DNA from: a virus
DNA: 37,611 bases
Reading direction: 5' to 3' (one strand)
IMG/VR virus record: IMGVR_UViG_3300045988_036701
Positions 7,033 to 15,208 of the stretch are shown in pieces. Numbering within the stretch: the stretch's first letter is position 1; each line of letters starts with the position of its first letter. The notes under the pieces were generated by a model. That model did not search any database and was not told the origin of the DNA. It worked only from the letters and a program-made list of their open reading frames with translations. Both the position numbers and the translations under genes were made by a program.

Positions 7033-7047
7033 GCTAAATCACTATTA
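7033..7047 (-). repeat. Crossover-site copy D (TAATAGTGATTTAGC on the minus strand, 13/15 match)
   Basis: The plus strand reads GCTAAATCACTATTA. On the minus strand it is read L-N-S-D-L-A, in frame with cassette d. Confidence 0.6.
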
Positions 7048-7347
7048 AGCTATCTCAAACCTTTGTTAATTGTTTGTCATACGCCGTTTTTCGCCGTTAT
7101 TCTGAGCTGAAAAAAAATATTGGTAGTATCAAACTAATATCATTATTTTTTAGCGGTACGCGAGAACCCTTGATTTTACAGGGAAATCCAAAAAATGCTT
7201 GCGAAATTCGACATTCTGTGAGAAAAGAAATTCACCCTTGAAATACGCTGCGATTTTAGAAGAATAACGTTTTTACAAGGGTTTAGAGGATTTACTTAAA
7301 GTGGTAAAATGATGAAAAAAAGTATAAATAGTATCATAATAGTATCA
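7048..7347. other. Non-coding AT-rich region, candidate attP with arm-type repeats
   Basis: TAGTATCA occurs at 7124-7131, 7329-7336 and 7340-7347. ACCCTTG occurs twice directly, and there is one inverted near-copy (ACAAGGGT). The position between the lysis genes and the integrase is the classic attP location. Confidence 0.4.
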
Positions 7348-8556
7348 TCACTTTATTTTATTAATTTCTTTTAGGTACCACTCCAGGGACATATGGGTAT
7401 AAACAGAATCAGTAACGTCTTTGATCTTGTGGCCGAGGAACATTCTGCGGGCATATTCATCTACTTTATAACGCTTTGCAAGTGTTGAAAAAGTGTGCCT
7501 GGTGTCGTGCGGCCTGTGATCCGGATCGAGTCCGAGTGCATCTACAACCTGGCCGAAGCGATAATGATAGGCTTTGTAATCGACAGCTTTGCCGCCAATG
7601 ACAAATAAGGTGGTACTTCTGGCAGCCTTCGCTTTCTCATAACTTTCTTTTACTATATCATAGATTTTTGGGTGTATGGGAACAATTCTGTTTTTTGACG
7701 ATTCTGTTTTATTACCTCCGGAGAAACTACGATTTTTTAAATCTATATTCTCCAGCAGTAAATGGCATAACTCATCTGGCCGCCAACCACTATAAATTCC
7801 GATGTACATTATGTTGGCTCCGGGAATAGTGAGATTCTTTGATAGCAATTCTATCTCCGCATCTGTAAAGATGATATGTGGTTTCTTAACGTCGGTATCT
7901 AAAGTCAGTTCAAAGGAACGGGCATAGTTTTTCTGTATAATATCTAATTCTCCAAATGCATAGTCATACATTAAATTCAACAGCGATTTTATAAGTCCCT
8001 TGATGTTGTCAGTAGCAGTTACTGTTTTGGTCTTTCTTACTGCACAGGCATTATTTATACAATGCTTTAATTGTGGCACCTTTGTATTTATTACCTTTTT
8101 ATCATATAGCGCCGAACAATATGACCATGCTAATTCAATATTTTGTTTACGGCTATCTGAAAGATCTGGAAAACGTTCTTTCGTAAAGGCTTCGTAGAGC
8201 TGCTGTAAAGTCATATTGTACGATGCGATATCATAAGGATCATCATGGTACTTTATGATTGAACTCATTGCTTTTCCTCTATCTTCATAATAACCGATCC
8301 AATCATAATCATAATGGGATTTCTTTGTTTTTTCGTTTAACACAAGCCGCGGATTCACTCCGGCCAGATATGGCTTACGGCGATTTCCACTTATTTTCCT
8401 GATTGTGCCATATCCATTGGGGAGGCGTTTTACGCCACGAGGTCTATTAAGCTTTTTGGAAAAAGGAGCGGAAGACAGAGGACATCCGCAATGTGGACAA
8501 GAAAACGCCTTATCACTTACTCTTCCTGCGCACTCTGGACATTGCATAAGTGCCAT
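7348..8556 (-). CDS. int: Tyrosine integrase with N-terminal zinc ribbon and arm-binding-type domain
   Basis: Zinc ribbon CPECAGRVSDKAFSCPHCGC. LPNGYGTIRKISGNRRKPY resembles an arm-DNA-binding domain. The catalytic region contains GWRPDEL..., HDTRHTF, LGH and VYTH. Confidence 0.9.
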   Translation of the reverse strand: MALMQCPECAGRVSDKAFSCPHCGCPLSSAPFSKKLNRPRGVKRLPNGYGTIRKISGNRRKPYLAGVNPRLVLNEKTKKSHYDYDWIGYYEDRGKAMSSIIKYHDDPYDIASYNMTLQQLYEAFTKERFPDLSDSRKQNIELAWSYCSALYDKKVINTKVPQLKHCINNACAVRKTKTVTATDNIKGLIKSLLNLMYDYAFGELDIIQKNYARSFELTLDTDVKKPHIIFTDAEIELLSKNLTIPGANIMYIGIYSGWRPDELCHLLLENIDLKNRSFSGGNKTESSKNRIVPIHPKIYDIVKESYEKAKAARSTTLFVIGGKAVDYKAYHYRFGQVVDALGLDPDHRPHDTRHTFSTLAKRYKVDEYARRMFLGHKIKDVTDSVYTHMSLEWYLKEINKIK

Positions 8557-8763
8557 ATTGTATCACTTCCTTTCTCTTGATTGGACGGAGTTCGTCCAGT
8601 TTCGACAGTCGAAACTATTTTTGAGTATAAAAAATACGCCCTCTTGCGTCGGCGCTTCGGAAATGATATAATTCAAGTGTCGATTGGATTATATCTTCCG
8701 GGGCGACCCAGTAAGAGAAAATCTGCATTAAGCCGTTCGGTGTTACCAGCACCGGGCGGTTTA

Positions 8764-9240
8764 TTATTTAAAGTCAAAATATTTTATTATGGCATAACAC
8801 GGCTCAAACATAATAGCATAGTTATCCAATATCACATAGACACCATATTTAGAATGATAACATTCTATTGCTTCCATCAAATACTTTTCTGTTATATTTA
8901 AGTAATCTGCAATTTCTTCAGCGGTAAATTTTCGGGCTTCATAAGCTCGTATAAGTCCATTCAATCCGATTTTGTTGTTGTATCCCCATAAGCGTGCTTT
9001 ATATTCCTGTTTCTGATTTTCTTGAATAGATAAATCTAAAATATTTCCTGCACTGGTATGGAAATGGCCTCTTTCTTCGGCAAGAGCACAGGTTTTTTCT
9101 TTTTCGGTAGATGCAGCCCGTGTATTTATTGCAACTTTATTATCTGAAATTAGAGCTGTTGCATTTGATTTAAGCACTTTTTCTTTTACGTCTAATCCCT
9201 CATCATAGGCAGCCTGCAAATCTTCTTCATAATTAGTCAT
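8764..9240 (-). CDS. ImmA/IrrE-like (DUF955-type) protein with non-canonical AEERGH in place of HExxH
   Basis: ATG 9240 follows AGGTGG. The layout GLDV..(L)..VAIN...EKEKTCALAEERGHFH...E.KARLW mirrors the ImmA family. It lies downstream of the XRE repressor in the same operon. Confidence 0.5.
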   Translation of the reverse strand: MTNYEEDLQAAYDEGLDVKEKVLKSNATALISDNKVAINTRAASTEKEKTCALAEERGHFHTSAGNILDLSIQENQKQEYKARLWGYNNKIGLNGLIRAYEARKFTAEEIADYLNITEKYLMEAIECYHSKYGVYVILDNYAIMFEPCYAIIKYFDFK

Positions 9241-9275
9241 GCCTATCACCCACCTGTCTTTCGTCTACTGTCAAA

Positions 9276-9914
9276 TTACCAGTTGTCTTCCATATCCTGC
9301 AAATCGGCTTTCATAAGCTTCTGCTGCTCCGGATCGGCAGCATTATCATTGTGGGCTGCTTTTAGTCCGGAGAAAAGATAAAATTGTGATTGCTTCCATA
9401 AATCCCGTAATCGTTTAGTAAAAAAGGTCTCAGAATCATTTATAAATTTTTTGTAGTCTTCCCATGATATGCGGAATGAAGTCTCGTCCTTTTTCAGCAG
9501 ATAATAAGATTCGTCGTTCTCTTCGTCCTGCCTATCATCTATGTGATTGCATGACCAACCTAATACTTTAAGCTGATGAAGAAACGCTTTTTCTTTTACC
9601 TGGAACTGAGACATCTCTTCGTTAAATTTATCCGCCTCGGCGTCCCATGCTTCATCCGTCGTAATTTTGGAATCCATAGGTACGTCATAGCCCATGAGCC
9701 AGGCTTCGCTGACATGTAGGGCCATGCCCAGAATAACAAGTTTGTCTTGACTAGGTTCTACTTTTCCAGAAACATACTGGCTTATATCTGATTTATTCAT
9801 TTTTACATTATACTTTTCGCAAAATGGCAGCGTAAGCGTTAAAATATCAACTTGTCTAAGGTTTCTTTCTTGCATTATTTTTTTTAAGCGTAAAGCTGTA
9901 TTTTCTTCTTTCAT
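9276..9914 (-). CDS. XRE/CI-type (ImmR-like) phage repressor
   Basis: ATG 9914 follows AAAGGAGG. HTH_3 motif LRLKKIMQERNLRQVDILTLT...SDISQYVSGKVEPSQDKLVILGMALHVSEAWLMG. There is no S24 peptidase domain. Confidence 0.85.
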   Translation of the reverse strand: MKEENTALRLKKIMQERNLRQVDILTLTLPFCEKYNVKMNKSDISQYVSGKVEPSQDKLVILGMALHVSEAWLMGYDVPMDSKITTDEAWDAEADKFNEEMSQFQVKEKAFLHQLKVLGWSCNHIDDRQDEENDESYYLLKKDETSFRISWEDYKKFINDSETFFTKRLRDLWKQSQFYLFSGLKAAHNDNAADPEQQKLMKADLQDMEDNW

Positions 9915-9934
9915 TTGAAAACCTCCTTTTTTAT

Positions 9935-9963
9935 AATATATCATACTTTGAATATAAATTCAA
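9935..9963 (-). promoter_or_regulatory. Candidate repressor promoter (TTGAAT-17 nt-TATATT on the minus strand)
   Basis: Read from the reverse complement. It lies just upstream of the repressor RBS. Confidence 0.4.
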
Positions 9964-9997
9964 TATATATAAACAAAAGTTCTAAACACAAAACTAA

Positions 9998-10074
9998 AGT
10001 TAAAAAGTTTTGATTTGTGTATTGACTTTGGTACGTGAATTGTGTATGATGAAGTAGGTTCAAAACTTTTAACT
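9998..10074. promoter_or_regulatory. Operator-like inverted repeat flanking the early promoter
   Basis: AGTTAAAAAGTTTTGA (9998-10013) pairs with TCAAAACTTTTAACT (10060-10074). Confidence 0.45.
10022..10050 (+). promoter_or_regulatory. Early lytic promoter (TTGACT-17 nt-TATGAT)
   Basis: Seen directly, 50 nt upstream of the cro-like gene. Confidence 0.55.
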
Positions 10075-10100
10075 TCATTTGCAAAGAGAGGAGGTATATA

Positions 10101-10325
10101 ATGGCTTTCGATTATAGTAGATTACGCGGCCGTATTGTTGAGAAGTATAAAAATCAAATTGAGTTTGCAAGACGTATGCAGTGGTCGGAACGAACACTTT
10201 CCTTAAAGCTAAATGGGAAAGTTGCGTGGAAACAGCCTGAGATATGTAAGGCGATTGAATTACTCGGACTTAAAGACGATGATATTCTGGCATATTTTTT
10301 TATGAAAAAAGTTCAAGATATTTAA
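10101..10325 (+). CDS. Cro-like regulator (DUF739 family)
   Basis: FDYSRLRGRIVEKYKNQIEFARRMQWSERTLSLKLNGKVAWKQPEI is the DUF739 pattern. It is divergent from the repressor. Confidence 0.8.
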   Translation: MAFDYSRLRGRIVEKYKNQIEFARRMQWSERTLSLKLNGKVAWKQPEICKAIELLGLKDDDILAYFFMKKVQDI

Positions 10326-10340
10326 CTTAAAGGAGGACGC

Positions 10341-10862
10341 ATGAACGATTTAACAAGAACAACCATCACATCAATGGAAGCCGCTGAGTGGTGCGGTAAA
10401 GATCATTCAAAATTGCTGAGGGATATTCGCAATTATATAACTCAGTTAGGAGAAGCCAAAATTGGATTCACCGATTTTTTTAAGGAAGCCACCTACATAA
10501 CAGACCAGAACAAAACCCTTCCTTGTTACCTGGTTACTAAAAAGGGCTGTGAGTTTATCGCCCATAAAATGACAGGCCAGAAGGGGACCGAATTCACCGC
10601 GCGGTACATTAACCGCTTTCATGACATGGAAGAAGGAAAACTCCCTTGTCCCCTCAACCCAATCATTGCTTCCAGCGTTGCGGAACTGGGTCGCGTGACT
10701 GAACGCGTCATGACGAAGCAGGGATCGGCTCCATATAAGATCGCAGAAGCTTTTAAAATGGAGTGTGAGCAGTTCGGTATTCAGCTTCCAGACGACTTTG
10801 TAAAGGTTCCGGACGAAGTACAGATTTACGATCAGATGCATATGTCCAGTTTCCTTAAATAA
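10341..10862 (+). CDS. Rha-family phage regulatory protein / antirepressor
   Basis: ITSMEAAEWCGKDHSKLLRDIRNY...CYLVTKKGCEFIAHKMTGQKGTEFTARYINRFHDME. Confidence 0.8.
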   Translation: MNDLTRTTITSMEAAEWCGKDHSKLLRDIRNYITQLGEAKIGFTDFFKEATYITDQNKTLPCYLVTKKGCEFIAHKMTGQKGTEFTARYINRFHDMEEGKLPCPLNPIIASSVAELGRVTERVMTKQGSAPYKIAEAFKMECEQFGIQLPDDFVKVPDEVQIYDQMHMSSFLK

Positions 10863-10877
10863 GGAGGTGCCGTTTCT

Positions 10878-11135
10878 ATGATAGGAAGAATACGGACTGC
10901 AACGGCCGCTAAGATCTGCGGAGTGTCAACTGGGTATCTGCTTGAGAAGATGCGAACAGGAGAGTACGATCTCGGGGACTACAACAAAAATGGTAAGAAA
11001 GCTTATGCCGTGATTCGTCCCGGGAAGCTGGCAGCGCATCTTCAGCGCAGTATCAGCGAGATTGACACAGCAGTGAGAGAGATTGAAGGAGAGGAGGGAC
11101 GTAAAACGACATGCAGAAGTACATTGACAATATAG
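10878..11135 (+). CDS. Small helix-turn-helix DNA-binding protein (possible excisionase)
   Basis: RBS GGAGGTG. TATAAKICGVSTGYLLEKMRTGE looks like a MerR/Xis-type helix-turn-helix. Confidence 0.45.
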   Translation: MIGRIRTATAAKICGVSTGYLLEKMRTGEYDLGDYNKNGKKAYAVIRPGKLAAHLQRSISEIDTAVREIEGEEGRKTTCRSTLTI

Positions 11136-11269
11136 ACGACTTCGAGGACGACAGCCGGCCGCCGATTGTAGACTGGGTGGAATGGCTGCTGGTTGGGATC
11201 TTTGATCTGGCCGGAGCAGCAGCCTGTGCCTACATAGGGTATCTACTATTACGGGCATGTGTGTTGTAA
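11111..11269 (+). CDS. Possible small membrane protein (52 aa), not in the ORF track
   Basis: MQKYIDNIDDFEDDSRPPIVDWVEWLLVGIFDLAGAAACAYIGYLLLRACVL has one C-terminal transmembrane segment. The RBS spacing is weak. Confidence 0.3.
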   Translation: MQKYIDNIDDFEDDSRPPIVDWVEWLLVGIFDLAGAAACAYIGYLLLRACVL

Positions 11270-11365
11270 AAAAGAAACCCAGACGGGTGGAGCCGTCCGG
11301 GAATCAAGGTAACTGATAATATATTCACGCCCTCATTATAACAGAGGGAGACAGGAGATTGCAAG

Positions 11366-11692
11366 ATGAAAATTATTATGGATTTAAATGGTATTAAAAT
11401 TGAAAAAGAAATTCCAGACGATTTACGGAAGCCGGCGCAGATCATCTTTAATAAAGTGGAAGGGATTGATACTGATCCAACGGTAACGTTAATGGGACCG
11501 AATAGCGGCATATATGCAGGATCATGTGCGATAGTAACCAGTGTTTTAAAAGAGCTGCATCCAGATAATAAAAAGATGCAGAAAGCAGTTTTAGACCTTT
11601 TGTACGCAAGCGTATCAGGAGATCTCGGTCTGAATACAGCTGATAAGCCGAGGAGTTACGGTCCGATCAGCCCGGACGATGTAGATTTCTAA
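11366..11692 (+). CDS. Hypothetical early protein
   Basis: ORF with RBS AGGAG. No recognisable motif. Confidence 0.55.
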   Translation: MKIIMDLNGIKIEKEIPDDLRKPAQIIFNKVEGIDTDPTVTLMGPNSGIYAGSCAIVTSVLKELHPDNKKMQKAVLDLLYASVSGDLGLNTADKPRSYGPISPDDVDF

Positions 11693-11711
11693 TTCAGAGG
11701 GAGGGCAAACC

Positions 11712-12365
11712 ATGCGTGAAGCTGTGAAACTCACCCCACTTACTCCAGAGGAACAGACCTTTGCAGAGGAGAATTACGAAGCTCTTGTCAAAGCAATGAG
11801 AACGCATCACCTGAGTAATGATATGTACGATGTGGCTGCTATGGGATTCTTACATGCTGTCAAGAAATGGTTTGCCCGCCCGGATCTTCGGCAGTGGTCC
11901 TTTCAGACTATTGTGAATAAAACTGTTTGGAGCAAATTAAGCGGCGAGCGGGAAAGAGAAAAACGCCGTATTCAGACAGTGAGTCTTGATGAAGTTATAC
12001 CTGGAACTGACGGCTTAACCTATGGGACCATAATAACAGATGCAAATACCAGTTATTTAAGAAGAGAGGAAAGCAAGACAATGAAAATAAATTTTGATGT
12101 AAAAATACCGGAAGCTGCAAAAATGGGACGAGTCCCCAGCGTAGAGATAGAAACTGTTTTAGATTTCTTAGACTCGACCCATCGTACATTATGTTTCGAG
12201 TATGAAACAGCCAAAGATGCAACAAGGAAAGCGGGAGTTTTGAGATCTTGGAAAAAGAATCATAACAGGGCTGATATTAATATCTACAAAATGGCAGATA
12301 GAGTATTTATTGAAAAAATAGTAGCAAAGGGAAGGAGAAAAGCAAATGTCAATGAAGATAAATAA
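11712..12365 (+). CDS. Hypothetical protein with sigma-70 region-2-like N-terminus (tentative)
   Basis: RBS GGGAGGG. YDVAAMGFLHAVKKW resembles sigma region 2. Confidence 0.5.
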   Translation: MREAVKLTPLTPEEQTFAEENYEALVKAMRTHHLSNDMYDVAAMGFLHAVKKWFARPDLRQWSFQTIVNKTVWSKLSGEREREKRRIQTVSLDEVIPGTDGLTYGTIITDANTSYLRREESKTMKINFDVKIPEAAKMGRVPSVEIETVLDFLDSTHRTLCFEYETAKDATRKAGVLRSWKKNHNRADINIYKMADRVFIEKIVAKGRRKANVNEDK

Positions 12366-13623
12366 GCTTGAGATCGAGAACGTCAAACGCGTGAAGGCGG
12401 TTAAAATCGAACCAACTTCTGATGGCCTTACTATCATTGGAGGAAAGAATAATCAGGGTAAGACCTCCGTGTTGGACGCGATTGCGTGGACACTGGGCGG
12501 CGAGCGGTACCGGCCAGTGGCAGCCACCCGGGAAGGCTCCGTAATCCCACCAATCTTAAAAATTGTCATGAATAACGGTCTGGTCGTTGAACGTAAAGGA
12601 AAAAACAGCAGCCTTAAGGTGACGGATCCCAGCGGCCAGAAGGGTGGTCAGCAGCTCCTGGACAGCTTTGTGGAACAGCTTGCCCTCGATCTCCCGAAGT
12701 TTATGGAAGCGTCGGACAAGGAGAAAGCAAACATTCTTCTGAAGATCATCGGCGTCGGCCCTCAACTGGCAGAGATGGAGCAGAAGGAAAAAGAACTGTA
12801 TAACGAGCGGCTGTATGTCGGACGGACCGCAGATCAGAAAGAGAAGTACGCAAAGGAGCAGCCTTATTATCCGGATGCACCACAGGAGCTTGTTTCCCCA
12901 TCCGAGCTGATCCGGAAACAGCAGGATATACTCGTCCAGAATGGTGAGAACCAGAGAAAGCGTGAGAATCTGCACCAGCTGGAACAGGAATACCAGCGCG
13001 TTACCGAACAGATTCAGGAACTGCTGAAGGAGCAGACCAGGCTTACGGAAAGTTTAAAAATTGCCCGTACATCGGCCGCCGATCTGGTGGATCAGTCCAC
13101 AGAGGAACTGGAGCGGAATATTACTGATATCGAAGAGATTAACAGGAAGGTGAGGGCTAACTTAGATAAGGACAAGGCCGAAGAGGACGCCAAAGACTAT
13201 AAGGAACGGTACACGCAGCTTACTACGGAGATTGAGGGCATCCGGACTCAGAAAACAGACCTGCTGAAGAATGCAGACCTTCCGCTTCCCGGTCTTACTG
13301 TAGAAGATGGGGATTTGCTGTACAACGGGCATAAGTGGGATGATATGTCCGGATCGGATCAGCTGAGAGTGGCGACGGCCATCGTCCGGAAACTGAATCC
13401 GAACTGCGGGTTTGTACTCCTGGACAAGTTGGAGCAGATGGACCTCGACACGCTGACAGAGTTTGGTAAGTGGCTGGAGCAGGAAGGGCTTCAGGCGATT
13501 GCAACCCGTGTAAGTACCGGGGGAGAGTGCAGCATTATTATTGATGATGGTTATGTGGTAGGGCAGGAAGTGACAGAGCCTGAACCGCCTAAGAAAACAG
13601 AATGGAAGGCAGGTGCATTTTAA
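12346..13623 (+). CDS. SMC/SbcC-like AAA ATPase (recombination module)
   Basis: N-terminal Walker A GGKNNQGKTSVLDAI, a long central coiled coil, and a C-terminal VLLDKLEQMD (Walker B/D-loop-like). Confidence 0.8.
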   Translation: MSMKINKLEIENVKRVKAVKIEPTSDGLTIIGGKNNQGKTSVLDAIAWTLGGERYRPVAATREGSVIPPILKIVMNNGLVVERKGKNSSLKVTDPSGQKGGQQLLDSFVEQLALDLPKFMEASDKEKANILLKIIGVGPQLAEMEQKEKELYNERLYVGRTADQKEKYAKEQPYYPDAPQELVSPSELIRKQQDILVQNGENQRKRENLHQLEQEYQRVTEQIQELLKEQTRLTESLKIARTSAADLVDQSTEELERNITDIEEINRKVRANLDKDKAEEDAKDYKERYTQLTTEIEGIRTQKTDLLKNADLPLPGLTVEDGDLLYNGHKWDDMSGSDQLRVATAIVRKLNPNCGFVLLDKLEQMDLDTLTEFGKWLEQEGLQAIATRVSTGGECSIIIDDGYVVGQEVTEPEPPKKTEWKAGAF

Positions 13624-14744
13624 TGCAGATTATCAGAGGGAAAATCCCCTGTGCAAAGAAAACGGTGATTTACGGGCCTGAAGGGATTGGAAAATCTACA
13701 CTGGCTGCCCGTTTTCCGGATCCTGTATTTATAGATACGGAGGGGAGTACAAAAGATATGGACGTTGCGAGGACTCCGGCCCCCAGCAGCTGGCCGATGC
13801 TGATGGAACAGGTGAAATACTTCATCACACATCCGGATGAGCTTAAAACACTTATTATTGATACGGCCGACTGGGCGGAACAGCTGTGCGTAACTGATAT
13901 CTGCTCACGCTTCCAGAAGGCCGGAATTGAAGACTTCGGGTATGGAAAAGGCTATACATATTTGCAAGAAGAGTTTGGGCGGCTTTTAAATCTGTTGACC
14001 GAACTTGTAGAGCAGAAGGGTGTCAATGTAGTACTGACGGCCCATGCGAAGATGCGCAAATTTGAGCAGCCGGACGAGTTGGGCGCTTACGACCGATGGG
14101 AGATGAAACTGACAAAACAGGTGGCCCCAATGGTTAAGGAATGGGCTGATATGGTCCTTTTCGCAAACTACAAAACGATAGTATATAACGTGGACGGTCA
14201 GGGCGCGCAGAAGGGTAAAAACAAGGTTCAGGGCGGCAAGCGGGTAATCTATACCACCCATCATCCGTGTTGGGATGCAAAGAATCGTTACGGCCTTCCG
14301 GATGAGATCCCCATGGATTATAACGAGATCCGCCACGTCATTGAGGATCAGGCCGTGAAGGCAGACCAGACACCGCCAAAGGACAAGAAGGCCCCTGTTA
14401 AGCAGAGCGCACCGGAGTCAGCAGAGCCCGACAAAAGCCACCAGGAGCCTGCAAAAGAAGAGAAAGCAACTCAGCCTATGGATCAGAAGCAGGAACCTGT
14501 AAACCCGCCAGATCCAAGGGTTGACGAACGGATTCCGAAAGCCCTGCGCGATCTGATGATTGCGAACGGTGTGGATGAATGGGATATTCAGAATGTAGTT
14601 GCAGCAAGGGGATATTTCCCGGCTGATATGGTAGTGGCAGATTACCCGGCAGATTTTGTATCGGGTGTGCTGGTGGGAGCATGGACGCAGGTCTATGCAA
14701 TGATTAAGGAAATGAAAGAGAAAGACAGTCTTGTATTTAATTAA
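13623..14744 (+). CDS. Sak4-like RecA-family ATPase (AAA_24) with low-complexity linker and C-terminal domain
   Basis: TAATG overlap start. IYGPEGIGKSTLAARFPDPVFIDTEGS and LIIDT are present. An alternative upstream start exists at 13602. Confidence 0.8.
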   Translation: MQIIRGKIPCAKKTVIYGPEGIGKSTLAARFPDPVFIDTEGSTKDMDVARTPAPSSWPMLMEQVKYFITHPDELKTLIIDTADWAEQLCVTDICSRFQKAGIEDFGYGKGYTYLQEEFGRLLNLLTELVEQKGVNVVLTAHAKMRKFEQPDELGAYDRWEMKLTKQVAPMVKEWADMVLFANYKTIVYNVDGQGAQKGKNKVQGGKRVIYTTHHPCWDAKNRYGLPDEIPMDYNEIRHVIEDQAVKADQTPPKDKKAPVKQSAPESAEPDKSHQEPAKEEKATQPMDQKQEPVNPPDPRVDERIPKALRDLMIANGVDEWDIQNVVAARGYFPADMVVADYPADFVSGVLVGAWTQVYAMIKEMKEKDSLVFN

Positions 14745-14759
14745 GGAGGATAAGCGTAT

Positions 14760-15206
14760 ATGGCAGAATATGAAGGAAGAGAATTAGGCTGGGACGAAGA
14801 AGTGGAAAAGGGGGAAGGCGGGGATTATATCCTCCTTCCTCCCGGAGATTATGATTTTACGGTGGAAACATTCGAGCGGGCAAGATTTGAGGGTAGTGCG
14901 AAAGCTCCGGCCTGCAATAAGGCGGTAATAAAATTAAGAGTTGAGGTCCCGGAAGGAAGCACGCTCATTACTGAGAGTCTGCTTCTCTATGACAAAATGC
15001 AGTGGAAGATTGCACAGTTTTTCGTATGCATTGGGGAAAAAGAGGTTGACGGCAAGGTGAAAATGAACTGGCCGGCGGTTCCCGGTGCAAAGGGAAGGGC
15101 TACCATAGAAGTGACCACAGACAGAAACGATGCATCAAAGAAATATAACCATGTGAAAAAGTATTTGCCTTATGAACCCAAAAAATTTGAGCCTGGGAGG
15201 TTTTAG
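14760..15206 (+). CDS. DUF669-family protein (ssDNA-binding-like partner of Sak4)
   Basis: The motif ILLPPGDYDFTVETFE, and synteny between the Sak4-like ATPase and the helicase. Confidence 0.7.
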   Translation: MAEYEGRELGWDEEVEKGEGGDYILLPPGDYDFTVETFERARFEGSAKAPACNKAVIKLRVEVPEGSTLITESLLLYDKMQWKIAQFFVCIGEKEVDGKVKMNWPAVPGAKGRATIEVTTDRNDASKKYNHVKKYLPYEPKKFEPGRF

Positions 15207-15208
15207 CC

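Noticed and set aside
3404-8556. Gin/Hin/Cin-type serine invertase next to the invertible fibre segment
   Set aside because: No ORF in the window has a serine-recombinase N-terminal catalytic domain. Only two tyrosine recombinases are present.
8598-8622. Palindrome GTTTCGAC-A-GTCGAAAC followed by a T run, as a terminator for the lysogeny operon
   Set aside because: The T run follows the hairpin only on the plus strand, whereas the neighbouring genes are on the minus strand. Its function is unclear, so it was not annotated.
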